A DNA stretch of 64,000 nt from Camelus ferus. Its lineage: Eukaryota. Each line of letters starts with the position of its first letter. Positions within the stretch are counted from its first letter, which is position 1. The translations under genes and the position numbers were made by a program. The stretch spans positions 111,106,001 to 111,170,000 of the forward strand of contig NC_045696.1 of the NCBI RefSeq assembly GCF_009834535.1, in the 5' to 3' direction. Under the pieces are notes generated by a model. The model ran no database searches. It worked only from the letters and a program-made list of their open reading frames with translations, and had not been told where the DNA came from. Below, piece by piece: positions 49,379 through 61,410 of this stretch.

Positions 49379-50444
49379 TATCTGCTGACCTGAGAAGGGC
49401 AGAAGCCTGCGTGTCTGGTTGTGGACATATTTTTAAAGATCTTTTTTCTATTGATCTGTCATCATAAAACGTCCATGTTATATCTTCTCGGGTGCACCTG
49501 GGGCACCCGAGCCTCTTTCTGAGATGACCAAGATGGGAGCTTCAATAAGATGACGTTATAGTGTCAACAAAGGAAGAATCTGATAGAAAGCTTTCCAGAG
49601 GCCACTTTGGGAATGTCTCCTTATTTGGTGGCTCTGCCCGGGGCCACAAAGTGTTACAGCCGTGGGAGGTGGAGGAACCAAGGCTAATGCTTGATTAGTC
49701 AAGCTATGGATTCTCTCAGCCCCTGGGTTCTCTCTCGCTTCCATCTCCCTCCTGGGTCCCGGGTCATTTTCACTGCTCATTATCACCAGCACCAGAGGGA
49801 AGGCGGAGGAAATAATGGGAGATGAAATTCAAATGAATCAATTCTGCCACTTGTTAGCAGCTCAGTTTGCAAGTATACAAGGGGGAGGAGGCTGCAGCTC
49901 TTCTGTGGGTCTCCATTCTCCTCGCTATTCCCGTCCCCCCTTGCTGCCAGGCAATACTGAGTGGGCTGAATGGAAATGATCTGTGGGAGGAAAGAAGAGA
50001 GTGGGAGGGGGGAGCTCACTCCAAGAGCAGCTTCTTCAAAGAGAAGGAAAAGGATGCCACCCAGAGTAGCCCAGGTTTTATTAAGCAAGTTCATGTTTGG
50101 AATTATCTTATCCGCTCAGAACTAGAGGAAAAAGGATGCTGAGATCATATTTAGAGCAATTATAATGCAGAAGATGCACTGATTGTCATAGCAACAAAAG
50201 AAAAGTCTTCTTAAAAGATTATACCAAGGACAGTAAAAGCAGAAACAAGGACTGCATGCAAACCTTAAAGAATAATGAAAAGTCAGAAAAACACAGTAAG
50301 TAAGACCTTTAAGCCCACTATCACCAACACAGGCGGCCTGGCAGGAGAGGATGGAACACTGGAGCAGCAGGAAATGTCCTCTTCTCTCTGAACTTATAAT
50401 ATAGGAAGGGACTGAGCTATGGTGACCAATGTCCTGTCCTGCTC

Positions 50445-50825
50445 TGTAGTGGACACTGTGATCTGCCACCCACATGGCCCTTCAGTGAAGGGCTTGTCCT
50501 AGCTACCAGGAGTGCTGCTGGAGAGGAGGATCCCCTTCAGGCACTGTCTCCACAGCAGTCACTTGGCCTTCCAGGAACAGCCTACATCCAATGACTGACC
50601 AATGTAGGGGATACAGTTGTGGCCATATTGGCTCAATCTGGGACAACTCTGAGCTGCCATGGGGTTGGCTGAGGCCATCACTGGGTCTGCATCACAGTTT
50701 AACTTCTCCCTCTCTTCAGCCCATCCCATCTCATCCATAAATGTTGATCTCAAGAGTTCTTGCTAATGAACTTCTCACACGCGAAGTCCCATCTCTAGTT
50801 TTCTCCCTGGAAAGCTCGACAAGCA
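50445..50825 (+). mobile_element. LTR16A-like ERVL solo LTR
   Basis: TGTAGTGGACACTGTG...catccaatgactgacc...ctgggacaactctga...gggttggctgaggcc...gttgatctcaagag. Confidence 0.78.
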
Positions 50826-51749
50826 ATGGCCCCATCCTGCCTGGGATGTAAAGCTGATCGTTTTTTCTGAGCTGGAGATTTACTTCTGTGTATGCTATCA
50901 GTATATACAAAAGAAGCTATAAAAAGCATCAAAGAAGAAAAATAAGTTGGGGAGGTGGGGGATGGAGGAGTCAGAAAGGCTATGCATGAGCCAACTGAGA
51001 CTAGAATGACGAGACTGGGCTTCAAATGAAATATTAAAAGAAGCAGTGTTGACGTAACCATAAGGAATATGAGGCACTAAGCAGTCAGAGCTACATCATT
51101 CAGGAAATGTTCACGGCACACGTATCAGGTCCAGGCACTGTGGGGAGAAGAGTGAAGGGGACAAGCGTGGTGGTCACCAGGTGAAGGCAAGGGGTATAGT
51201 CTACGTGAACCCTATAGCAGAGCTGAGTCCATTAATGGAAAGTAACCATTTGGGACTAAACCTAAGAACACGGTGCTTTCTATTTGGGGGAACTCTGGGG
51301 AATACAATCTTAAGAGAATGTTTGTCACCAGATGAAGATGTTACAACAGAGACTGGACTAAATTATCAGTAGATCTGGACAAATACTTCCCCACTGAATG
51401 GCATTAGACACAAACTCTAGACACTCCGTCTGAGGATGTGCAGCAGGAAATAGCTCAATGGATGGAGATTCATGAAACCAAGATATTCTTGTATTATAGG
51501 AAGTTTCAATCAATTGAACTGCGTAAGAGAATTAAGATATGGCCAAAAAATAGAATAGTGTGCAGCTATTTTTAAAAGCAAGATGAATACACACACATAG
51601 GCACATATATATACACAGAAATATACATATGAAGTCTACCACATCTTAACATTAAAAGAAAAACGCCAGTTGTATAATTCCATCTGAATAAGCAAATATG
51701 TATATGGCATCAGGTACGACATCTGATAATTTCATGGTCACTAACATGT

Positions 51750-51900
51750 AACATGCATAACCACCTTGAAGGAACTTACAATACTGTCTTCATTTTCCAG
51801 GTGAAGAAATTAAGGCCCAGAGAAGTTAATCAATTTTCCCAAGGTCACAGGGTAGGTAACTGATTAAGGCAGGGCTTGAACTGATGCAGAATCCATGCAA
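51750..51900 (-). mobile_element. MIR fragment
   Basis: caggtgaagaaattaaggcccagagaagttaatcaattttcccaaggtcacag. Confidence 0.75.
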
Positions 51901-51919
51901 ACCACTTCTCTCTCTCTCA

Positions 51920-51921
<2 letters not shown>

Positions 51922-51957
<36 letters not shown>

Positions 51958-51966
51958 CGCGCGCGC
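51922..51966. repeat. (TG)n(CG)n alternating purine-pyrimidine microsatellite
   Basis: Direct reading. Confidence 0.92.
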
Positions 51967-51989
51967 TCACTCATGCACGTTCTGTCTCT

Positions 51990-52370
51990 CTCGTCACCAA
52001 ACTGAGGCTGGCCCATGCAAAGAGGAAGAATAGTGACATCACCTGCCATCTGTATGATACCCCAGGGTTCACCAGGCGCCTTGACGGAGGTGTGGCTGTC
52101 ATCACAGTGCTTCAAAAAATCATCAGTGCACTTCCTCACCCTCTTTGAAGTTGGGTGTGACCATACGATCACTTTGGCGAATGAATTCAGAGCAGAACTT
52201 AAGTGAGTTTTAAGGACTCCCTCATCCCCACCTCCGCCTTCCTGGGTCAGTGAGTAACTTACTGACTCATGCTGGATACAGCGTGAATGAGAAACGTTTA
52301 TCATTTTAAGCCACTGAGATATGGGGAATCATTGATGACTGCAGCATTACCAAGCCCGCTCTCACCATTA
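51990..52370 (+). mobile_element. Old MaLR LTR (MLT1J-L-like) 3' part
   Basis: ttttaagccactgagatatggggaatcattgatgactgcagcatta. Confidence 0.55.
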
Positions 52371-52505
52371 AAGAGCTTATCTTCCTTCCACAGCTGAAGA
52401 AACTAAGGTTCAGAGAAGTTTACCAACTGGTCCATGGGCACAAGCTAGGAAGATGAGAAGCCGTTTGACATGCAGGGGTTGAGGAGATGGATCACATTAG
52501 AAAGC

Positions 52506-52506
<1 letters not shown>

Positions 52507-52537
<31 letters not shown>
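52507..52537. repeat. (AC)n microsatellite
   Basis: Direct reading. Confidence 0.9.
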
Positions 52538-52541
<4 letters not shown>

Positions 52542-55059
52542 CCAGCGAAGTCAAGAAGGCAAAAGGGTACATTTAAGCAATTGTAAACATTCCAGTGTGT
52601 GGGAATGGAGAGCTGCTGACTGGGGCAAAATCAAAGTTCTGAATTCCACCTGAACCTCAAGTTCATTTTGAACTATTAAATATGTTTCTAGAAAGTCAGG
52701 AAGAAAGTTGGACCAAAGGACTGGAAATTCTCAGAAAAGAGACAGAAAGGTGTAAACACAGATGCAACACATATTGTGGTCAAGGCCAGGGCACCATCGA
52801 GATTTTCCTACCAACGTGCCCAATTCCTAACGCTGTCCAGTCCTTTAAATGCCACCTAGATTGATTCTTGGACTTGATGTCCTGGGAACCAGCTCTCCTG
52901 ACCAGCTCCATGCAATCTGCTTTTGCCTTTGGTTCCTTGGCCACTATCAGGAAATGCAGAGCCTTCACAGAGAGGGCTGGAACTTTATCAACTTTGTTCC
53001 TGACAAGGGAGGAAGGAGAAAGTTTTCAAGGGAATTGTTCATCCAGCTTTGATCCTGACTGAATAGGCCAGGCAGACTATCTAAACTGGCTGAGTCACCA
53101 GCAGAAATGGGACAAGGCCACGGCAGACAGTTCAGATGGGAGGATCCTGGGAAACTATTGAGAGAAGCAAGCCCTGTAGACTGAGGACCAGCCTCGGTCA
53201 GATATCACTATGCCTCACGCTCAGAAAAGAGCCCAAAGAGCTGGTGCCAAGATTTGTCTGGAAAAGTGTTGTAAGGTAAGAATAGAGGCTTATTCCCAGG
53301 AAATTCGGATGCAGGTGTTTCAGGAAAAGTGGCACCCCAGTGCTGTTAAATAAGATACAAAACTGGAAGCCTGGTGTGGCTGTTCTCTTGGACTGGAAGA
53401 ATTGATGACCACTGGGCTGGAGAGAGGGGTGGAAGCATCCTGCAGAATTTTAGGAGTGCAGTCTGGGATTCCCTTCTCTGTTTCAGGAGGGCAGAACCCT
53501 CAGGCGCCGAGGAGTCCATAAAGTCCTTCCATGTTGGACTCATCTTTTGAAAATGGTTATGCTTTCCTTCTTCATCTGCATTCTACAAACCCTGGTGGGG
53601 TCCTGCCAGGAACCTCCCTGTTCCTTGGGGATCCGACCCCCTGCCTATCCTCGTCAATCCTCTTCTTCAATTCTCTAGAACTTGCTAGAGCTCACGCTGG
53701 GTCTAAACCCCTAGGGCTCCCCAGGAACTGTGATGCTGTGATTGCTCAAACCTGGCTTTGCTAACGGTTGAGATTCCAGCTGCTGCTGCTCCAATTTACC
53801 CATCAGACGAGACAGGTGTGGTGTTAATGCCACATTGTATCAAACCACGTGCCTGACGTTCTGATTTGAGCTGCTGTCGCCTTCCTGGATGGGGTGAGGA
53901 AAGCCTGAATGCCTCATTAGTTTCTCTTTCCTAAATCTAGATCTTTCCTAATCTCTCCTTCCATTCCCCAAAGGTGCTGCTGAACCCCTAGCATGCCTTG
54001 GAATTCTGCCTGACTGGAATATAAAAGATCTCAGACTTGTGTTGCCCGGGTTTCACTGGTATTGGAAAATGCAGACAGAATTGTTTCGGTGAGCCGTTCT
54101 TCGTACATGCTGCAGAATGCCTGTGTTGGAGAAACACGGGGTGTAAATTAGGAAATCTCAACTCTTGCATTGTTTTGAGTAAACACAATGGAAAAGTAAA
54201 ATAGGAAATAGTTGACGTAGAAGAAGGAAAAACAGCAATCTTTTGACGCTAGTGTTCTGGGGGCGAACACCATGTGCAGCAAGCAATGGGAAGAGAGCGA
54301 GCCATCCCACTGGGGTAACGATGCCCCCGGTGTGAGTGCCCTGAGTGGGGATGCTGAATGGGTCCAGGGGTGCTTCAGAGTGAACAATGCCACCACCAAA
54401 GGGAGCGTTTCATTTTTCTCCAGACAGGGGACTGTCCTGGTGGCACTTAGGCAGGAAGCATATTTTCCCATCTCAACAACCTGACTTCCTGGGGGAAAAT
54501 AAATAGCTCTTCCCACCAGGAACAAAAGCAAAAGGAAATTTAGTCAGACAGGAAACCAGGTGATGAGACAGCAACCAAAGAAGTTCTCTTCTGCAGCAGA
54601 CAAATGTGTGGATGCATGGGGCGTGGGAGCAAAGGAGAAAGGGAGAATGAACTTGAGAGTTTGCGAGGGAAAGGTGGCGCTAACTGGACACAGGTAATGG
54701 TAGAGGGGTCTAAACTCTAGGCAGCATATGAGAGAAACAAAGTGAGCATAAAATAAATGGGCTGGACACAGAGGAAGGAGTGGCTGCAAAATTCTTGCCA
54801 AGTCTTGAGTGAGAAGGGATGGGGGGTTAATTGTGTAACCTGGCTAGAGCGTAAAATGGGGCTGGTTAACTGCTAAATACGGTAAACACCTTGTACGTAC
54901 TGGTTTATTGAATGGATCATTTTGTTTAGATTTCCAGTTTAAGAGTCTTTGCCCATTTCAGAAATACTTTTATTCATCCCAGGCTCATCAACCATCTGGT
55001 TGCTACTCCAGTACCAGTGATTGACATTAATGATAACACAGTGGTGAGAATGATGATTA

Positions 55060-55285
55060 TAACTGCAGTGGTTGACACAAAAGCCTTTACTTCGGACCAA
55101 ATGCTTTACACACATCACATCCTCCTATTCCACCCTCAGCGCTATCCAGAAAGGTGCAAACCACCAGCATTCCCTTTCACAGATGAAGGAATGAAGACCC
55201 AGAGAAACTTGCTTGAGTTGGTGGCACAGCCTGGATTTGGACCCAGATCTGCTAATTCAGAATCCCGGGTTCATAAACGTTATGG
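55060..55285 (-). mobile_element. MIR SINE
   Basis: tttcacagatgaaggaatgaagacccagaga...gcctggatttggacccagatctg. Confidence 0.75.
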
Positions 55286-55722
55286 AATATCATCTCCTGC
55301 TTAGTGAGACTGATGGGGTTTACATCTATTCCTGCCTATGAGACTGTGAGGAAGAGAGATTTCACATGTTGTCAATATTTTCTCCTAAGTATATTTAATT
55401 CATCCTTGGTTTTCAAATTGGTTTCCCTATTGTAACTAGATATTCAATATTATATGTCTTTTAGCCATAAAATCAACACCTGTAATTATATTTGTTAACA
55501 TGATTTACTGTGATCTCAAAGGACTGACATGAGATTAATTCCTAAAAGAACTTCTGTAAACACAGAAGAACAATAAAAAAGACAAGTAAATGCCAATGAG
55601 AACAGAAACCATATATTAACTGTCTCATCTTCCAACCTTTCTCTGCTTCTTTCTCATTCCCTTAAATGCTATTTAAAAAAAAAAAAAGCCTGACCTACAC
55701 CACAGTATTTAAACTGTCTTGT

Positions 55723-57357
55723 GCAAGAACTGGGGAAAAAATTTTTAATTTGTATGGAAATGCAAAAGACCCCAAATAGCCAAAACAATCTCGGAAAAAA
55801 ACAGAGCTGGAGGAATCACACTCTCTGACTTCTGACTGTACTGCAAAGCTTCAGTCATCAAAACAGTATGGTACTGGTACAAAAACAGACACACAGTCAA
55901 CAGAACAGGATAGAAAGCCCAGAAATAGACCCACACACTATGGTCAATTAATCTACGACAGAGGAGGCAAGGAACACAATGGAGAAAAAACAGTCTGATA
56001 AATGGCCTGGGAAAAACTGGACAGCTACATGTAAAAAAATGGAATTAGAACATTCTCTAACACCATAAACAAAAATAAACTCAAAATGGATTAAAGACCT
56101 AAATGTAAGACCAGATACTATAAAACTTCTAGATGAAAATACAGGCAGGACACAATTTGATATAAATTACAGCATTTTTTTTTTAGATCTGTCTCCCACT
56201 AGAGTAATGGAAACAAAACCAGGAATAAACAAATGTGACCTAATTAAACTTAAAAGCTTTTGCACAGCAAAGGAAACCATAAACAAAATAAAAAGACAAC
56301 CTATGGAGTGGGAGAAAAATATTTGCAAATGATGTGATTGACAAGGGATTAATTTCCAAAATATACAAACAACTCAAACAGCTCAATATTAAAAAAAAAA
56401 GCACAAACAAATCAAACAATGGGCACAAGTTCTAAATAGACATTTCTCCAAAGAAGACATACAGATGGCCAACAAGCACATGAAAAGAATTGCAACACTG
56501 CTAATTATTAGAGAAATGCAAATCAAGACCACAATGAGGTATCACTTCACACCAGTTAGAATGGCCGTCATCAGAAAGTATACAAATGATAAATGCTGGA
56601 GAGGATGTGGAGAAAAAGGAGCCCTACTACACTGTTGGTGGGAATGTAAATTGGTGCAGACACTATGGAGAACAGTATGGAGGTTCCTTAAAAAATCAAA
56701 AATAGAGTTACCATATGATCCAGCAATCCCACTCCTGGGCCTATATTTGGAGAAGACTCTAACTCAAAAAGACACATGCACCCCAATGTTCAAAGCAGCA
56801 CTACTTACAATAGCCAAGACATAGAAGCAACCTAAGCATTCATCAACAGATGATTGGCTAAAGAAGATGTGAGATATATATATATATATCTATATCTATA
56901 GATATATATATATGCAATGGAATATTACTCAGCCAAAAAAAGAATGAAATAATGCCACTTAGAGCAACATAGATGGACCTAGAGATTATTATACTAAGCT
57001 AAATCAAACAGAGAGAGACAAATATAATATGATATCACTTATATGTGGAATCTAAAAAAAAATGATTCAAATGAACTTATACAAAACAGAAATAGACTCA
57101 CAGACATAGAAAACAAACTTACAGTTATCAAAAGGGAATAGGGGAGGGATAAATTAGGAATCTGGAATTAACAGATACATGCTACTATATATAAAATAGA
57201 TAAATAACAAGGACCTACTGTATAGCACAGGGAACTATATTCAATATAATAACCTATAATGAAAAAGAATCTGAAAAGAATATATATATATATATGTGTA
57301 TATATATATATATGTTTAACACTGTAAATCAACTACACTTCAATAAAAAAGAAAAAT
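55723..57357 (+). mobile_element. 5'-truncated LINE-1 (~1.6 kb): decayed ORF2 C-terminus, 3' UTR, A tail, TSD
   Basis: ORF 56465..56824 encodes L1 ORF2 C-terminal [17 protein letters not shown]...[18 protein letters not shown]...[26 protein letters not shown] (55711-55722) / AAATTGTCTTGT (57358-57369). Confidence 0.95.
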
Positions 57358-58349
57358 AAATTGTCTTGTATAGTATGTAAGTGACAAAATATATTTTTGA
57401 GAGAACAAAAGAACAAGTTTTCTCTCCTCTGTCCAATGTTACTTTTGGGTTTTAGCTTCCAAAAGAAAATTCTATGATTAATAATGAAATAGGAAAGATA
57501 AAGCCATTTTTCTAGATTAGGCTACTTGTCTGAAATATTTGGAAATCTATGTTTTAAGATATGCCAAAATAGGTTCTCTCTCTGGGCTGGAACATACTTT
57601 GATCCTTTTGATCACAGGGAAACGAAAGGTCCTGGAGACTACAGTTTCCTCTACCAAATGCAATTCCCAGACAATATTTGCATATTACCCATCGGCTTTT
57701 GGCAGGCATTCTTTTTGAAGATGTGAAAGATCAATTGTTTGAACAACTCTGGGCTGCAGAGTAGAAACTGAACATTTTTGAGTTAGGAAGCCAGAGAGGT
57801 TTCAGGAAACTAAAGAAGCACTTTACGTGTGACATTTCTGATATACCCTTTCAGCAAATGGATAAAATGTAAAATCCTATTTCCCAAACCCATTGGGAAA
57901 TTTACAATCTCTGTCCATGGCATTAGACCTCATCCAGGAGAAATTCCATCAGAACCTCCTTTTATTTTTTATTTGTGAAATAAAGACATAGTCAATTTCT
58001 ACATAGATTCAGAAGACAAATATTTCAAAATGCAACTTATGATTCCTAAACATAGAAACTTCAAAAAGAGCATTTATGCATGTAATTTTTGTTTTCCCTC
58101 AGTGAATATTTTTACTGAGAAAGTTCTTGAAACTTCGGGACAATAATCACAATTTATTGATACTTTTGGATTAATATAAGGAGAAAATATTCTGACATGA
58201 CAAGAACCAGGAGATCCAGATTCCTATGGACACGTGCTGAGGCTCTCCTATAAATTTCAGTTAATAATAAAGCTCTATGCATCCCTTTCTCAATTAAAAA
58301 AAAATAGGTTATTTAAACGTATTTGACATTTCTTCCACAAAAACAGTTG

Positions 58350-58470
58350 TCATCCTAGGCTTGAATTTACTAGTTATCAACTGTGTAACTTTCAGCAAGT
58401 TACTTTAACTTCTCTGAACCTCAGTTTTCATATCTGTAAAATGGGGACAACAATTGCCCCTGTCTCAAGA
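58350..58470 (+). mobile_element. MIR fragment
   Basis: gcaagttactttaacttctctgaacctcagttttcatatctgtaaaatgggg. Confidence 0.85.
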
Positions 58471-58505
58471 TGTACATATGTGCTTCCATGGCATTCTGCT
58501 AACTC

Positions 58506-58690
58506 TTTTTTTTTTTAATTTTTTGAAATACAGTCAGTTACAATGTGTCAATTTCTGATGTACAGCACAATGTCTCAGTCATGCATATAAGTACACATAT
58601 TCATTTTCATATTCTTTTTCCTTAAAGGTTATTACAAGATATTGAATATAGTTCCCTGTGCTATACAGAAGAAACCTGTTTGTTTTTTGT
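58506..58690 (-). mobile_element. Young lineage-specific L1 3' tail (camelid-like)
   Basis: ttttgaaatacagtcagttacaatgtgtcaatttctg...ggttattacaagatattgaatatagttccctgtgctatacagaagaaa. Confidence 0.85.
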
Positions 58691-59382
58691 TTAATCTATG
58701 CTTGTAATTTGACTCTTAAGTGGAGTTGTAAGGATAGGTGATCCAAGCCTGCAGGTGAGATGGAAGAGAGTCTCATCCAAGCCTGGTCACTTCTGATACC
58801 ACTGTAATGGTAGTTAGTGCTCCAAATACCCCTCTCACAGAACAACAACAACAACAACAACCTTGCAATGAAATGGATCCTCCAGGCAGCTATTTTTTTC
58901 TGCAGCCCACCAAACATCACATGGACATTACATGCATTAATCTAATAAGGTATCCTTGAGGTTATAAAATGACGGATTTCCATGCTGAATTCTAACAGGT
59001 AGGTGGTGAGCAGGTGTCTGGGCTTTAAATTACAGCTTTCATTCACAAAGTGGGCCCCTGTGCTGGGCCTTGCATCTCTTCCATGTATCTGGCTGCAGAG
59101 AGGTAGTGGTAAGAGGAAGGGCCAAGCTTTTTATTAAGGGATGCTGGATGAGGATGCCAGGGGTGCCTCTGTGCCTCTCGGGTTGAGGGGGAGTGGGGTG
59201 GGAAGGAGAATAAACCCTGAGAGTACAAGGAGGATGTGAAACACTACGAGGGAAAAAATCGTGACCAGTGAAGCATAACCACAGTGTGTCCTAGTCTCTT
59301 CTTAGCATACGGGTTTTGCAACTTGTGAGTCAGGAATAAGTTTCCATAGAATGGAATATTCATCTTAGCAAATAGCACTTGG

Positions 59383-59500
59383 CATTCATTCATTCAGCAA
59401 CTATTTACTGAGGGTTTACTATATGCTAGGCCCCAGTTAAGGAGCTATGAAGGCTGAAATAAACATAATAAAGTGAGCCCCCGCCTTCATATCAAGGACT
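59383..59500 (-). mobile_element. L2 3' end fragment
   Basis: cattcattcattcagcaactatttactgagggtttactatatgctaggc. Confidence 0.7.
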
Positions 59501-60459
59501 ATAAGACATCACAAAAGAAAGATGGGTACCACCTCCCTATTTGTCAAATAGCTTCTACGTCTAAATTTCAGTGACAACAAGGCATCACAGGGAGGCAGGA
59601 AAAGTTCAAGGCTGATGGACACGCAGTCCGGGCTCAGCAGTGCGGTTCCAGGCTGATGACCTAACCGATCTGAGATTCTCTGAACTTATCCACAAAACAA
59701 AAAGAAGTCCATACGGTCTCTTGCATATCTTTCATAGTCTTTTCATGTAAATCATAAATGAAACACAGAGAGGAGCTACTTTCTTGTTCTGGTAAGAAAA
59801 TCTTCAGGAGGACTATCGACAAAGGATCTTTAACTCTGTCCAAAATACAATTCTCATTTCCTAGAGGAAAAGATTACTCACCATCACTTTTCAGTGGCTA
59901 ACCCAGGACCCTGAGCTGTTCAAGAAATTATGCGATCATGCTCACAGTTCATCACCAGACTGTCCCAGCAGGTGCCTTTTTCCACTACCAGTAGAAACAG
60001 AGTGAAAAGGACAAATAACCCTTTATAAACTGATACCAAAATGCATTAAGAAACTATCCAAATAAAAAACTTTTGTTATTTTGACTCCTTAGCAAAGATC
60101 AGACACATGGAAATTGAAATTATGTGATTTTAAGGGAGGAGGGGGACCCAGGACAAACTTTTTTATTTTGCCTTGAAATGCAAAGCAACACCTGGGAACA
60201 CAAGTTTTATTTGAATAAATACAGTCGAAAAATCGTAAACCCTAGAATACCAGGTAGTCCGAGTTTTGTTATTTTTTTAGTTTCTTTGCCCTTTAATAAC
60301 TTTCTTAAAAATAAAAAACAGCATGAACTAGAGCCTCAGATGAGGAGATGTGGGGGGTTTGTCTGAACTGCTGGTGACAAACTGATTCACAGCCTCCTCA
60401 GATTCTCCCCCTCGCCTTTCACGGATCAGACTAAGATCACCTGGGCTGAGACCACAGGT

Positions 60460-60502
60460 GGGGCGGGGCGGGGGCGGGGACTCGCGGGGGCAGGGGCGGG
60501 GC
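60460..60502 (+). promoter_or_regulatory. GC-box (SP/KLF) cluster / G-quadruplex motif
   Basis: GGGGCGGGGCGGGGGCGGGG-ACTCGC-GGGGG-CA-GGGGCGGGGC; seven G-tracts of 4 or more. Confidence 0.6.
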
Positions 60503-60509
60503 TTCGTTA

Positions 60510-60670
60510 CCTCCTCTTCCTCTGCGCGGTGGACCTGCAGCGTGGGCATCACCTTCGAGATCCTTAGAAAAGCAGAATCTCAGGCCCCACCCAGCCCTAC
60601 TACGTAAGGATCTGTATTTCCCCAAAATCCAGATATTTTTTTGCAGGAGGAGGTTTGGAACCGCGCTAGA
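60510..60670. mobile_element. MER5A-like DNA transposon
   Basis: ggacctgcagcgtgggcatcacct...ttagaaaagcagaatctcaggccccacccagccctact. Confidence 0.8.
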
Positions 60671-60817
60671 CCCCGGCTGCGGGCTGGCGGGGGGCAGGAG
60701 CGAGCACTGTCAAGGGGAGGGCAGTGGCCAGTGAAGACGGGAAGCTCGGGGCCTCCTGACTAGCCTTTATGCGCCCTTCCTTGGTTTCTTCCCCACCGCA
60801 GTGCTTATATCGCTCTG

Positions 60818-61410
60818 CTTTCATTCACTTATTTCCTCGTTCAGTAAATGTTTTCTTACGAGTCCGCTGTAGGCCAGGCACTGTTCCCCGTGCTGACGAA
60901 CACGACAGATCAGGTGGTGGCAGGGGATGGATGGGGTGGCCAGGAGGCAAATACATAAAGGAACCACTTACTATCAAGGAGTAACAACATGAATAATAAT
61001 AAAGCAGAATAAAAGGAGCACGTTGGGGTGCGATGGTGCTATTTCAGATACAACAGTTGGTAGAAGCTTCTCCAAGGAGGTAACTTTTTAAGCAGAGGAC
61101 TGACTGAAGTGAGGAAATGACTGATGAAGATAGTAGGGGGAACAGTGTTCCAGGCAGAAGGAACAGCATGTGCCAAGACTCTCTGAGGAAGAGCGAGAAG
61201 TGCCATGTGTGCGGCTGGAGCAAAGTGGGCAGGAACACAATGGTAGAGGTAGGTTTGGGGAGTGCAGCAGGGGCCAGACCATGGAGGTCCTAAAGAACAT
61301 TGTGGGGGTGCTGGGTTTTATTTTAAGCGTAAGAAGCCTTTGGAGGATTGTAAGCAGAAGAGCAAGATGGTCTGATTAATACATTAGAAAATCACTCTGG
61401 TGGTTGTGAT
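60818..61410 (-). mobile_element. L2 LINE 3' portion
   Basis: ttcattcacttatt...ccaggcactgtt...gtgttccaggcagaaggaacagcatgtgccaagactctctgagg...agaaaatcactctgg. Confidence 0.85.

Noticed and set aside
49487..49511. 9-bp hairpin CTCGGGTGC/GCACCCGAG
   Set aside because: Expected by chance at this length; no supporting context.
56465..56824. 119-aa ORF with CCHC motif as a host gene
   Set aside because: It is the C-terminus of L1 ORF2 in a truncated, frameshifted element.
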